From a bacterium (GTDB taxonomy: Bacteria; UBA10199; 2-02-FULL-44-16; JAAZCA01), in contig CAXXGI010000002.1 of NCBI GenBank assembly GCA_963674695.2, positions 544,001-608,000 of the forward strand: a stretch of 64,000 bases of DNA, in the 5' to 3' direction. The notes under the pieces are model-generated. The model saw only the letters and a list, made by a program, of their open reading frames with translations, was not told where the DNA came from and searched no databases. A program made the position numbers and the translations under genes. Below are positions 1 through 15,000 of this stretch, piece by piece. Positions within the stretch are counted from its first letter, which is position 1. Every line of letters starts with the position of its first letter.

Positions 1-2
1 GC

Positions 3-3000
3 CATCTGTCGGTTCCGGAAGGGGTGCGCAGCGATGTGATCGCCCTGCGCTATGACGGCGCTGACCTCGGTTCGATCGCGATCGATCAGGAGAGGAGACA
101 GCGCATTGCGCGCGTTCTGGTCGGATCTGCCGGTTCGATGACGATGCCGAATCCGGCGTCCGACGGGTTCACCATCCCGGCGTCCGTTTCGCTCTCCAAC
201 GAGTTCCAGGTGCAGGGGCACGAGGGGCCCGTGGCGGTCTGGCTCGTCTATACCGACGGCCAGCAGGCCGAGGTGACCCACGAGGCCGAGCTCGTGATCA
301 AAGACGGCGATCAGAGCGAGTTGAATCCTTTCCGCCTCGATGCGGAGAACAAACGGGTGACGGTTTCCGAGAACGGCTGGGCCGCGGTGCGCGCAAGGCT
401 CGATGGGGGTATGGGTTTTGGCATGCTCGTCGGAAACCTCGGCGAGGCCTCGCTCGTGGTGAAGGTGGGCGACACTGTTGTCGGCGTCGACTCCACCGTT
501 GACCTCGCGCGTTCTCAGTCCGATCTGGCGCATGCCGCTGCGGGCATCCCCTATGAGCTGCCGATCACGGTCTCGACCTGTTACGGAACGAACTGTTCCG
601 GTGGTGGCTCGAACGTGACGACCGTGGCGACCTATGATGTTCAATCGGGTGGTGAAATCGCGCGCGTCGATGCGAGCGGCGATGCGCGTCTGTTGCGCAT
701 CAATGAGAGTTCCTTTGTCGATCAACAGCTTGCCGCCGGTGGCGAGGGCGCCTGCCAGGTCGTGACGGTTTCAGTCGGCGGCTTTGAGTCGGTTGACTTC
801 ACCGTCTGCGGGCGCACGATGCAGGCGGCGGCCGTTCAGTTTACCGAAGACTTCGATCCAAATGCGAACTATCCGGAAGCGTTCCGGCCGATCGCGGTGG
901 GTGAGCGTGAGCCGACCTCCGGTCCTTCACGTGCCATCACCGGTGAGACGCGCGTCTTTGACGATGCCTTCGGCCTGGTGCAAGCGCCGACCGGATTCCA
1001 GCGCGGTCGCGCCAAGGTCTGGGGGCGCTTCGAGACCTTCGATAATGCGAATCTCTGGAAGAACCTCCTCGATCATCTGACGGATCGAGAACTCATCCTG
1101 AATGGTTCGGAAGCGATCACATTTGGTCAGAAGGTGGGAACTGCTGCCGATGCCTATCGCGTCATTACGCCGCAGGGGGAATGTCCCAGTTGCTCGGTCG
1201 CGTTGAAGCTCGAAGACAATGCGAAGGTGGCACGCATCTTTGACGATGCGGGTGCCTTCAGCGTGTCGACGACGAACGAGGCGGTCGATCGCCTCGCCCT
1301 CTTCGGCGCCTCCGCCAACATCCGTAATCACCTGGGGACATCCTTCGGACAGGGTGCGATGGAGGAGACCTTCGACGGTTCGCTGGGCGCGGTAAAGGGG
1401 ACGGCGGGAAGCATGCGCGTCCTGGCGCGCACGGCCGGCGATGACAGTCGCTTCATCGCCGTGGAAGGACCCGCCCAGCGCTATGCCGACCTCGTGACGG
1501 TCGCGATGCAGCGCCAGCCGTTGCCCGCGGATGCGTCATCCGCAACGGCGCGTGCCTTCAGTGCCTCCTGGGCGGCCGAGCCTGTCTGTGCAGGATCAGG
1601 CATGCAGGAGATCTGTGAGAGCCGCTCCGGCGAACTGAATGCCCAGCAAAACGGCGCGGTGGGACTTGCGGCGAAACTGACCGATGATGACACGATGACG
1701 AGCGAGCCGTATGCCCTGGCCGTCAACCTCCTTCCCGCATATCGCGACGTCGACGTCGGCGGATACGAGGACTATGTGCAGCAGCCCGGACGGTTCATTC
1801 GCGCCCTGAATGCCGGCGATCAGCAGCCGATCGATGTCCTGATCAATATCGGCGCGGGTAATGAACTCTGTACCTATCAGATGATGCTTCAGTGGTTGCC
1901 GGGTGCGCTCTTTTCCTACGTCACGGGTTCCGGCGAAGAGTTCCTCGGCAGTCCCGTCGGTGCCGGCGGCATCACGCCGCAGCCGGGTGCAGATCCGAAG
2001 GTCGTGAAGATCGGCGGTACCAATCCGAACGGCTGCATCGCGGCCGATCCGACTACAGGCCTCGTGCGTGTGGCGCGCTTTGTCCTCGAAGCGGCAAGCG
2101 GTGGAACGGCCGAGCTTTCCGGATCGCTTGAACTCCTGCAGGGGCGCGCGAGCGGTAGTGGCGGCGAGATCACCGATCTCTGCGCGGCATCGGGCGACTG
2201 CAGCGCGTTTACGCCGGTGGCGCCGCATGTCATCGTCGCCGGCGCGGGTTTCATCGACCCGGCTATGGGTGCAGCGTGTTCACGGCCGGACGATTGGCCC
2301 TGCGACGAGAGCCTCTGCGTGCAGGGTCGCTGTGCCGGTCAGCCCGACGGCGTGCCGTTCATCTTCGATACGGCGACGGATGCCTCCTACTTCCGTGGCG
2401 ATGCCAACAAGGATGGCCTCATCGACCTGAGCGATTCCTCTGCGGTGCTGCTGAATCCGGATGCGATCACGCCGGTGGCGGTGGGCGATCTGACTTACGA
2501 CGGTACGGTCACCGATTACGATGGCGTCAAGATCGCGCAGACCTTCCTGGGACGCTCCTTCATTCCGTATGCACGCCAGGCGCAGGACATCGATGGTAAA
2601 CGCCGCATCTCCGTCCTCCTCAAGGGGGTCGATGCAGCGGCGACGCCGAATGTGGAAGACGCGACGGTCTCGATGCGCTTCCCGGATGGTGCGGTCACCA
2701 TTCCCGAAGAGGTCTCCTGTGAGGATGGTTTCTGCCAAGCGACGAACACTTCCGGTTCCATCTTCTCCATCGATGTGACGCCGACCGATCCGACCGCCTC
2801 GATCGCCTACGATCTCCGGGTCCAAGTCTATGACAGCGGCGAGGATCTCGTCTTCGCCGAGACCTATCGGGGATTTATGACCTCCTGCACCACGGACGCC
2901 CAGTGTGCCTCCGGCCAGGTCTGTGATCCGAGCGGGATCTGTGTCGACTCCTGTCTCGATGCTGAGGGCGATGCCGACGATATGCGCTGTGCAGCATCTG

Positions 3001-6000
3001 TCGCCTGTGCGGTCGGCAGCTGTACGGAGGAGACGGGTGTCTGTTCCTACGACTATAATGATGCAGACTGCGACGATGGCAACGACTGTACGAGTGACAC
3101 CTGCGATGCGATCGACGGCTGTACATATGCGAGCGTGCCGATTGGGAGTGCGTGTGATGAGGATGCTGGCATTTGCGTTGCAGATGATTTCTGTCAGCGC
3201 TTCTGTAGCGCTGAAAATCCATGCCCGGAGGGCCAGGAATGTGTGAACGGTAGCTGCGTGCCGCCGCTGAATTGTCAGACCATCGACGATGCGAGCTGTG
3301 ACGCCCTCGACGACGGATTGTGTCTGGCCGGCGCCTGCGATGTCGAAGCGGGAACCTGCGAGGCGACGCCTGTTGCGAACGAGACCGCGTGCGGCGCGCA
3401 GGGGCGTTGCGTCGACGGCGTCTGCGAGACCGGTTGTGACGATGATGACCAGTGTCCGCGCGGCCACTGCGATGACGAGACCGGCCAGTGCGTCGCTGGT
3501 TGTGAAGCGCCCACGCCGTTTGAGTGCCCCAACGGCGTCTGTGCGGCCGATGCTGACAGCTGCCCGTGTGCAGACAGTGCCGACTGTGACGACGGTGACC
3601 TCTGTACGACCGATACCTGCGTCAGCGGTACCTGTTCGATGACGCCCAAGGACTGTGCCGCTGATCTCGATCTGACCTCGACCGACTGTCAGGAGGCCAT
3701 CTGTGCCCCGCAGACTGGCGCATGCGAAGCGCGTTCGGCCAACATCGGCGGCATCTGTGAAGAAAACGGCCACTGCGTGCCGACCGGCGATGGCTCATGT
3801 CTCGTCTGCGCGGAGAATGAGGTCTGGAACGAGGCGCAGGCCGCGTGCGTGAGTGGTGAGAGCTGCACCGACCAGGGCGGCTATGTGCCGACCGGCACGA
3901 GCCTCTGCTGTATGGCCAACGAATTCTACGATGCGCAAAACGGCGCGTGTGTGAGCTGTGCCGACACGCTCATCTGGATCGACGATGTGAATGCGTGCGC
4001 CTGTCCGGACGAGAGCCGTCGCCAGGGTGAGGCCCAGAGCTATGCCTGCTGCGCGGTCGGTCTGCGCTGGAACGGAAGCACATGCGAAGAGATCCCCGAG
4101 GCCGAGCTCGACGTCATCGGCGCGAACATCGCCTTCGGCACGGTGCCGGAAGGATTCGCCGACTGGACGCACGACACCTTCGACATGGGACTGATGGGCG
4201 GGACGCCCGGACAGTACACCTCGAACCTCGTCGGGATGCAATCGCCGGGTGCCGGCAGCGTCGATGCCAAGGCGATGGGGGCGCTCTGGATGCAGCCCGA
4301 AGGGGTGAGCTTTGCCAGCGATAGCCGCGCGGTCGTCGTCGCGGGTGAGCCCGCCGGGGCGCGCATCGTCGTGAGCCGCGATCGGCTCTGGCGCGATCAG
4401 CGCGCGGTCCAGCCGCCGGAGGATGAGCGCACCGATTTCACGAATCAGCTCTACAATGCACTCGCCGCAGAAGATCAAAACGCACGCGCGCTCACGGTCA
4501 TGACGATCGTGACCGACGCCGATGGCCGTCCGGTCGACGCGCCGGGGCTTGTGATCAACGGTGCGAGCGCAACCAAGCGTACAAACAGCACCGGAATCTA
4601 CAGCCGCACGTTCTCGCCGACCGATGGCTTCCAGCCGGGTGTCGACAGCGCATCGCAGGGCATCAAGGTGGAGGCGGGGAATCGGACGCTGGCAGCAACG
4701 GATGTCTCACTCGCCGAAACAGCCGTCTCGGTCGATGCGAATCTCCTGCCCGGCCAGGCCGTCATCGACCTGCCGCGCAACGCGATCTTCATGCCGACGA
4801 GCGGTGAGCAGCAATTCACCGTTCCGGTGCGCGTCAATACGACCGGTGACGACAATCAGACGCACATCATTAGCTCATATAAGCTCGAGATCGACTTCAA
4901 CGCGAGCGCCTTCAGCGTGGTCAGCGTGAAGCCGGGCATGTATGGTGCGCATCTCGGGATCGGTTGGGATGTCGTGGGCGATCGCCTGACGATCGGCGGC
5001 GGTTATCAGCCCAAGCCGGACCGCAACCCGGAGCCGAAGGGAACAAATGCCGAATTCTTCCGGATCACCTTCGCGCTCAAGGCGGGTGTCCCCGCGGGCG
5101 CGGTGGAATGTATCACCGGCGGTACGGTGAAGGAACTCATTGCCGGATACAAGATCGGCGAGCAGTGGTTGGTGCCACAGGGTGCGGGGCGCGGTATCGT
5201 CGTGCGCTCGCGTGAAAACGCATGGCAGGCGACGGGCGCGATCACGGCCGTCGATGGCAGCCAGGTGCAGGGCTTCGTGGCAGAGCTCGCCGACGATCGG
5301 TGGCTGGATACGTCGCACTTTACGCGCGGAAGCCTGCCGGAGAGCATGCTCACGATTATCGGGATGGGGAGGGATGGGAAGATGAAGTCAGTTGATGCCG
5401 ACGCGACTGAGGTGACATTCGAACCAGCCGATGCCGGATTTGCATACGATGCATCAAGCCGTCTCGTGAAACTCGCGCGCAGCGCGGCGTCGATCGCCGC
5501 GGCGGCGGTGGTGACCGTGACGAGCGCGATCTGCAGTGCCGATGTGGCCTGTGCCGATATGACCCTCCCGGTCGATGTCGTCGGTGTCACTCCGGCGGCA
5601 CTCGAGATCAAGGCGCCGGATGTCGTCGGCAAGATCGCTGACAATATCTATCTGCCGGCACAGGTCCGCGCCCTCTGGCCGAATGATACGCTCGAGAATC
5701 CTCCCTTTGGCGAGGCCCAGCTCGACGTGACGCGGCTCGTCGATTGCAAGGCCGATGGGATCTCGATCACCGATTGCATCGTGCGGCCGGAGCAGGCAGG
5801 CGAGATCGATGTGCAGGTCGTCGGCTGTGACGGCGGCAACTGCGGCGCGCCGCACGCGATCACCGTTCGTGATGAGACCATACCGCCGACGATCCACGTC
5901 GCTGTTCCCGCGACGGTGGCGTTCAACGAGGAGACGTTGCAACTTCCGGCGAATATTCTCGATACTGGTGTGGCGCCGACCACGGCCAAGGCCACCAGCG

Positions 6001-9000
6001 CGTTCGGCGCGCTTGAAGCAGCAGCACCGCTGACCGTCGTGGCATCCCTCGGCGGCGAACATGTCGACGTGACGGGTCTGAGCGAAATCTCGATCTCGAC
6101 GGGCAACAGCGTTGAGGCGGGTGAGACGGGTGGCGTGAAGGTCGTGCGTTCGGTGGCGCCGGGCGCGACCACGGTCAAGGCGGAGTTCGCCGGCAACGTG
6201 GGTTCGGCGCTCGTCTCGGTCGATCCGGGCGATGCCCTCCCGCCGATCATCCGCGTTGTTGACGGCGATACGGAGCTGCTCCCCAACCGCGAGCAGAACG
6301 ACGATGGTGTCTGGCGTCATGCCCTGGCGCGGAGCGACGATGATCTGTCTGCGCTCATCCCCATCTGCACGCGCGTGCGCGAGACCGATGAGGGTCTGCA
6401 GCGAAGCAACGTCAACTGCAGCCCGACGGCCGACTTCCGCGTCTATGCGTCCTATAGCGATGATCCTGCTCGCCTCTACGACGTGACGCTCTCGGCCAAC
6501 TACGCGATCGAGGTGGCAGACGGCAGCGAACAGGTCATCACCTGGAGCAAGGATGCCGAAGCGGGCCTGTTGCACATCGAGGGCCTGGGCGAGGCGCCGG
6601 GGATCAATCGCATCCTCGTGAACGCCCCGGGCGCACCGCAGGCGGTCCTGGAGATCGCACGCCTCACACTCGCGTCAACGGAAGTTCGCGTCTTCGAGGA
6701 CTTCACGATCGAGGGTTGGTATCCGCCGACGATCGCGCGCGAAGCGGTTGCCGATGATGAGCTCACCTTCATCGAGAGCGTCCCCTTCTACCAGCGCGGG
6801 CGCGCACGCGTGGCCGGCATCTGGAGCGACGGCACGCGCACCGACTTCATCAGCAATTATCAGGCCGCGCGCGATCTGCTCACGGTCACCTCGTCGGATG
6901 AGGTCACAGCCGCCATCGCGCCTGATGAAAACTTCTACCGCGTCACCCCGGCCGACGAACCTGTCAGCGGCAGCATCGATATCGAGGCCGATCTGACTGA
7001 CGGCATCCTCGAAGGTTACTTCGATCCGGAGCCAAAAGAGATCTTCATCACGCCGACGGCAGTCGATGTCGAGGACGTGGTGCTCACCACCGAAGGGGCG
7101 CCGAGTGCACGCAATGCGGATGATAACGCCCCGATCGACGGCTTCGAGGGAACGGTCTCAGCGGCAAAGGGCGATCGAGTCGTGCGCCGCGCGGTCATCC
7201 GCATGGCCGACGGCACGCGGTTTGTGTCGACGAACGAGGATGGCACGCAGATCGTCGCCAAGGGGAATGTCCGCTTGCTCGGGTTTGGCCCGGCCATCGA
7301 GAACTTCTTCCCGGTCGATCCGAACGAGGATGAGAACTATCGCGACCTGCTCATGAGCCTGCTCGGTGCACAGAACTTCGCGCAGATCGTGAACGGCACG
7401 CAGGCTTCCGCAAAGATCGCCTCTCCCGCAGAGAGTGCGCTCAATGTGAACGCCAACGGTGCGATCGATCTGCCGGTGACGATCGCCGCCAACGCGGGCG
7501 CGCCGCTTGCCGAAGATGCCGTGGGCCACACGCTCGCCATCAACCTCCTGCCGAACGTGGGCGATGTCGATCTGGGCGCCAAGAAGGGCCTCGCCTTCCC
7601 GGTCGTCCAAGCGGGCGAAGAGCTTGCTGCAGATGTGCGCATCAACGTGAGCGGTTCGCAGGGACTGAGCTTCTTCAACGTCTGGATCGCCTACGATCCG
7701 AACGTGCTCGTCTGCACGTCGGTTGCCAATGCCATGCCGGGGGCGCTCAACCTCGCCGACACCTGCAACGCGCCGCAGCCGACGGCCGATGGACGCGTGA
7801 TGCTCAACCTGAACGGTCCGATTACATCCGGCACGCTCCCGACCGGTAGCGACGTGCACGTCGCGACGGTCACGTTCACGGCCCAGGCCGACAAGGGTGT
7901 GGGCCTCGTCGACGGCTTCACGCTCGAGATGATTGAGCGCAGCGACACGACGATCGGCGATGCGATTGTTCCGAATGGCAAGCGCGCCTTCGTCGCCGGA
8001 AAGGCGCTGGCCGATCCGACGCGCCTGGGCGATGTCAACGAAGACGGGGTGTTCTCCGGCTCCGATGTGACCGGCATCTACCTCTATCACTTAAACCCAC
8101 AGCAGAATCCGCTCGGAAACGTCGAGGCGAGTGACGTCGAGGTGGACGGTACCTTTATCACCAACGACGCCTTCCGCGCGCAGCAGGTCTTCGGGCGCGT
8201 CTTCGGCTTCGTCTCGGCAGGCGGCGAGCAGGTCACCCCCGATCGCGCCAATCTCCTCTTTCGCATCCTCGGCGAGACCTACGAACCGCTCAACGATGAG
8301 CAGATGCGCCTGCTCGTGCGCGTCCCCTTCGAGGCCGATGCCTATCGCGTGGCCGGCGGCATGTGCGATGACGATGCCAACCCCTGCCCGATCGACTTCA
8401 CCTGTGCCGAGGCAAGCCCGCGCACCTGCGAGGCGGCAGGCCAGGGGGGCTTTTTCATCGCTACGCATCGCGCCGATGGAAGCTTCGTCCTGCCGCTGGA
8501 AAAGGCGGAGGGGGCGGCGGCATTTGAAAACGTCGTGATCCCCGAGATCAACGCGACCTTCCTCTATCTCGCGGGAGGGGCGCGCGCCAACACGGTGCCG
8601 ATGACCTTCATGAACGTCATGCTCCTGGGACAGGGGTGTGACAACGACGACCAGTGCCAGGATGATCAGATCTGCAACGCCTTCGGCACCTGCGAAGATC
8701 CCGGCGAGTGCTCCTCGGATGCGATGTGCGCGCTCGACGAAACGTGCAACGATGAGCGCATCTGCGTCCCGCGCTGCGCGGCGAACGAATACTGGGATGG
8801 AACGCAGTGTCAAACCGGCGGCGGCTGTGACGACACGCACCCCTGTGACGATGATCTCATCTGCGATATCGCCACAGGCGAGTGTCGGCCGCAGTGTTCT
8901 GTCGATGCCGACTGCGAACCTTACGGCGCCGATCTCCTCTGTGTGAACGGCATCTGCGAAGATCCGATTTCCTGCACCGACGACTGCTCGATTCTCGACG

Positions 9001-12000
9001 ACGCCTGCAACGACGGCGCCTGCGTCGGCAACATCTGTGAACGCGCCCCCGCGCGCGACGGCGAGGCGTGCGATGATAACGACCCCGCGACGATCGATGA
9101 TCTCTGCGCCGCCGGCGTCTGTGCCGGAACGCCGCAGAGTTGTGGTCCGCAGAACCCCTGCCCGACGGGACTCATCTGCAACGACAGCGGCGTCTGCGAA
9201 GAGCCGATCAATGCGTGCAATGAGGGACAGAGCTGTGATGACAACGACGTCTGCACCGGTCCGGATGTGTGTAATGATAGTACATCCCTCTGTGAACGCC
9301 CGCCGCTGACGGGCAACGCCTGTTCGCTCGCCGATGGAACCGGCGGCATCTGCTCAAACGGCGTCTGCATCGGCGGCGGCGACTGTGCGTCGAACGAGGA
9401 GTGCATTGCGGCCAATCCGTTGCTGCCGTTCTGCGAGGAGGAGCACTGCGTCTCCTGCCCGGAAGGAGAGATCTGGGATCCGTATGCCGCGAACGCTGCG
9501 GGCGCATGCGTGGCGGAGGAAAATTGTGCGGCGAGCGGTCGCATTGCGCGCGAAGGCGACGGCTTCTGCGTCTGCCCGGACGATAAACCGGTATGGGATG
9601 GCGCACAGTGCTCTGGTGGGAACCCCGAGGACTATCTGAGCCCCGTCGAGGGCGTGCGCATTGATTTTGGCGCGACCGCGAATCGCGGCCTTTGGAACGA
9701 GGCCTCGACCTGGAACAGCGCGGATGAAGACTACAGCGGCGAGGTCCTCGCCGTGAGTGCGCCCGGCGGCGAGGCGGTCGACTTTACCGCGACGCTCATG
9801 CGGATGAACGGCACGCCGTTTGCGCAGGCGATCCAGGCGAGCGAGGATTTCGATCCCGCGACGCCATATGCGATCAAGCTCTTCCTGACGCGCGAGGCGA
9901 TCTTCGAGGATGCGCGCATCCGGGATGCCAATAAGTCGCACAGCGTTTCGGCCTTTGCCTTCGTCACCGACGCGCGAGGGCGTCCGGTGAACGCAGATGC
10001 CGGCGTGCAGTTTCGGATTGGAAGCGACACTTGGTCTCCAGGGGTCAACGGCAAGTACAGCGGTGTCGATGGCCTCTATGCGACGACGCTCGAGGTGAAC
10101 GCGACGGAGAACACGATGATCTCCGCGCGCTTTTGGGACGTGGGATTTCCGGAAGCGTCGAAGGATGTCGCCTATCAGGCCGATCCCGACGTGACGGATC
10201 TTGCGACCGTCGGCGACATGGTCCTCGAACTGCCGCGTCGACCCATCTTCCCGGGGCAGGATTTCTGGACGACGATCGTGGCCAACACGAATGTGACTGA
10301 TTCCCAGGATCAGTTGATCCATGCGATTAAGGTGAAGGTCATCTATGACGCCGCATCCTATGAATACCGCGCGGTTGATCGCGCCAATAACGGGAAACAG
10401 TTCGGCACGGTGAATGCGGGCGTGAATGATCTGGATGCTGGACGCAAGGAGATCACGCTCTTTGCGACCTTTGATTCGAACTCCGGCTCTGCAGCGCCGA
10501 TGCTCGCCGATCGCGCGGAGCTGCTCGATTTGAACTTCAAGTTCATCGGTGGCAATCCGGGCACGATCGAGGTGAAGCCCGTCGAGCTCCTCTATAAAAA
10601 GGATGGCACGTTCAAGAATATCGTTGATCTCAATGCGAATCCCGCAACTTCAATCTATCCGGCATCTGGACTTAACGTCGCGACCGACGATGTGGTCGGC
10701 TTCGCCGCCGCGATCGCTGACACCGACTGGGTCGATCGCTCCGGCATCGGGGGAACTGCCGATCCGCGCACGATCGACGCGCATCTCATTCGCGCGTATA
10801 CCTTTGTGGATGAAGCCCTGACCGTTCAGGTTCAAGCACCGGCGCCGTTTGTCGCTGATGGGAAAAGTGTGTCGCTTTCGGATGCGGCGCCGGCATTCAG
10901 CAAGGGAACGATCACCGTCTCCTCGAGCGACCTCGGAAATGTCTCCTATCCGATTGAGCTCTCCGCCGATCGGATCTTCCGCGCATCCTGCGCGCTCACC
11001 TTCGAGGGGTTCAATCCCCCGTTCGTGTTGGGGAGGGTGACGCAGACGAGTTTCCAGCGTGCTCAGGGGCGTGTGCTGTGTAAGGACGGCGATCGCGTCG
11101 TCTACGACCTCACGCATGAAGTGCAGTGCCAAAAGGTCTCCGGTGATGCCAATGTCCACAACGAGCTGCTCGCAAGCCGTTGCCTCGTTGCGCCGACCTC
11201 TCTCGGTGAGCTGAGGATCCAAGCGGTCCGCGATGAAGCGCCCGTTGGCGAAGTGATCGAATTCAAAGTGAGCAGCGATCAGGTTGCGGTCGATGAACTC
11301 CTCATCGGTGTTGCCGGCTCGGTCACCGCGCCGAAAAAGCCTGACGAGATAAAGCTCGCTGTTTCGGGGATCCAGGGTGCGGATACCGCGCGCGCGGTTT
11401 CGGCCTCTGCCTTCAACCGCTTCACCGCGATGGAGAACGGGCCGATCGTGGTACTCGCGCGTTATGCGGGCGGCACGACCGCCGACACGACCGCCGATGT
11501 GACCGATCTGGTCCTCGATTCCCTGAGCTTCATGGGTGGGGCCGTGGCGCCGGTGGAAGAGGGTGGTGCGCGCAAGCCTGAGGTGCGCGTCCTCGAGCCG
11601 GGCATCACGACGATCACCGGGAGTTATGCGGGCAAAGAGGGCAAGGGACATGCGATCGTCGCCTTCCCGGGTGAGCCGAAAGTTCACGTCGCGCCGACGG
11701 GAACGGTCCTGCTTTCTCCTTCAAACGATGATTGGGCGAAAAAGCTGGGCAACATCCCGACCGAGCAGGCTATGGTCGTCGATGTCTTCTATGGTGATGA
11801 TCACGCGAACGCCGATGCCATCTATGCAAAGGCGGCGGTGGCGACCTATACGAACGGCACACCCGAGGCGGAGCGCGTCGTCGAGGTGGTCGGCGGCGTC
11901 GTGCGCCCGATTGCGGGGCGTGGCATGGGTTCGGATGAGATCTGTATCACCGTGCCAGGATTTGATTTTGCTCCCACCTGCGTGAAATTTACCGTCACCG

Positions 12001-15000
12001 GCATCGATGGCCTCGAGGTCAAGACCTACGAGGACTTCGACCCGAAGGATACCTATCCCGAGGGGTTCAAGCCCGCTGCGGGCGACAAGCCCCAGGTCGA
12101 GCAGAATGCCTTCGGTTTCGTCGAGGGGATCGACGTCTATCAGCAGGGCCGCCTGCGCGTGCAGGGCCACTGGTATCACAATGACACCTGGATCTGGCTC
12201 ACTGACATCACGAACTTCTCCAAGCTCGACTCTTCGCTCCTGCTCGAGACCACGGTGGGCGGAACGATGCGCACCGATGTCGTGGGGATCGCTCCAGCGC
12301 CGGCCACAGGTCGCGATTACTTCGGACTGACACCGCTGATGCCGGCTGAGGCGCGCATCGTCGCGCGCCCCGCAGCCGGGGCGAGCACGGCGGGCATCGC
12401 GGGGGTGCGCATCATCACTATCGCGGATGATCCGGTCGATATCGATCTCCTCGAGATCCTATCGACGAGCTTCTCAACTGCAGGCGCGGGAGTGAGTCGC
12501 AAGAGCGTTTCCGATACGCTCATCGGCGGTGGCGCGACGGCGTTTGCCGGGACGATCGGCGGCGAGCGCGCAAGCTCCCGTTCGCTCACCGTCGGTGGAA
12601 GATTTGCAAACGGCGGCGCGCGCGCAACCCTCGTGGCAAACGGCGTGCAGCAGGTCAGCGATGAGGGCGCTCCTCTGGTGACGATGGGGATGAACGCGAC
12701 GGGCTATGAGAATCGCAACGCCGCAACGTCAGTCGGTGAGAACGGCACGATCGTCGCCGGCATCCACGACAACGGTGCGGTGATGGTGACGCTAGATCTG
12801 AATCGTGACACGGCGAGCGCATTTGCCGCGACCGCACGCCCCTATGCCATCAACCTCACGCCGAAGGTCGGCGATGTCGATGTGGGCGAGATCACGGGCC
12901 GATTCGTCCCGGTGCTCACGGGTTCCCATGAGGTCGAGCTGCGCATCAACGCGGGGAATCTGCACCTGAATAACTACGAGATCACCGTGACCTATGATCG
13001 TCGCGTCATCGATGTGGCGGGCGGCGCGGGCAACTATGCCATCACCAATCTTCTGGCGAATGATTCGAATATCACCGGACAGGAATTCAACGCCAAGGTC
13101 GAGGTTGCCGATGCCCCGCCGGATGACACCACCGGGCGCATCAATCTCTTCTGGACGGTGACAGCGGGTACGAGCCCCACGGGCGTGATTCCGGTGGCGA
13201 AGATCACCTTCGCTCCTGCGACATCGAAGAGCAGTGGCGATTCGATCACGAACCTCTCCGGTATCATCTTCGCCATCAGCGGTAAGGCCGATATGGGTGG
13301 CACGAGCACGCCCATCGGCGGGACAAACGAGCGCACCTTCGATGCGGGCACGGGGCTCGTCGATCCGCCGACCGGAAACGTGAACGAGGATGAAGCCGGT
13401 GTTTTCAACGGCTTCGACACGGCCAGGATGCGCGAATATATGGTCGAAACGATCGGTGCGGATGATCTTGATCTTTCCGAGGCCGACTTCGACTACAGCC
13501 ACGAGGTGCGGGGCGCTGACGCGACGGTGGAAGCCGGCGATATCGCCGGGTCGGATGTCGTCCAGGCCGAGCAGCTCCTCGTGGGCAACTACTACTTCAT
13601 CGAACCGGTCATCGCGCAGGTGAATGGTTTGAGCGCGAAGCTCTCGGTCGTCTTCCGCGACAAGAAGCGCGAGCCGGTCACTGCCTCCATCCGTCCGGAA
13701 ATCGCGGTTGCAGCGCCAGCCGGTGCGGCGCTCTTCCAGGATGAATCGCTCTTGCAGCCGCTGGTTGCTGGTGAAGCGGGATATGAAATACTCGTGAAGC
13801 CGACCACTGGCCGCGATGCCTTCACCGCCTGGATGCAGCTCCCGGCGGGTTCGACGGAGACGACCTTTACCGTCCGCCTCTTCGTTCTCGACCAGAACAA
13901 TGCGAGCATTGTTCTCAACGACAGCACCGCGACCTTCATGCGCGCGCTGGCGCCGAGCTGTCAGAGCGGTGCCGATTGCGAAGAGGGCTTAAGCTGCGTC
14001 GACGGCGCCTGCATCGACGACTGTCTCGATGACGGCGATTGCGACGGGCTGCTCTGCGATACCGACACCGGCGTCTGCATCGATCCGAACGAGTGCACGA
14101 CCGACGAGGACTGCCCGGATACGGAATACAACGATCGCTACTGCGATCAGCAGACGAACCAGTGTGCGGCCTGTCTCGGCGGGTACCATTGGGATGGAAA
14201 TTCCTGCGAAGCGGGCGAAGAATGTGATGATGAGAATCCCTGCGATGAGGGCTTCATCTGTGCCGACGGCGAGTGTCGTCCGCAGTGCAACTTCTCCATC
14301 GATTGCCCCGATCTCAACCAGATCTGCGTCGACGGCGCCTGCATCGTGCCCGAGTGCGACGAGGGGTATGCCTGGGACGGCATGAGCTGCATCTGCGTCG
14401 CCGATTCCTGTGGCGGCAACGAGTGTCTCCCGCCGCGTCTGCTCGACGCGATGAGCGTCTGCGCCTGCCCGGGCGAGATGCTCTATGACCCGAGCGACGC
14501 CACCTGTATCGATGCGGATGAATGCCTCGAACCGCGCGCGGCCGATCCTGCCAGCGGCATCTGCACCTGTGCGGATGGGCTGCTCTGGACGGGAACCGAA
14601 TGCGTCGACGAGGATGAGGTCGAGTGCGGAATGGGTGCCCATTACGATGACGTCGCACGCGCCTGTGCCTGCGATTCCGGTCAGCAGGAGATGGACGAGA
14701 TCGGCGACTGCGTCGATCGCTGCGACGACGACGACTTCTGGGATGCCGTCGCGCAGGCCTGCGTCGAATGGGAATGCGCCGAGCCGTTGCGCAACTGGTG
14801 GGATCCGCCTGCGTGTTGTGCACAGTACACCGCCTACAATCCGGAGTATGACGCTGAGACGATGCCGGTTGAAGATCAGTGCACGGGTGAAGGCGAAGGG
14901 TGCGAGAATGATACAGATCGCCAGATTCCAAATACGGATCTCTGCTGCGCGTTGGATGCCATCTACGATGATGTCGTCGGCAGCTGTATGGATCGCTGTG

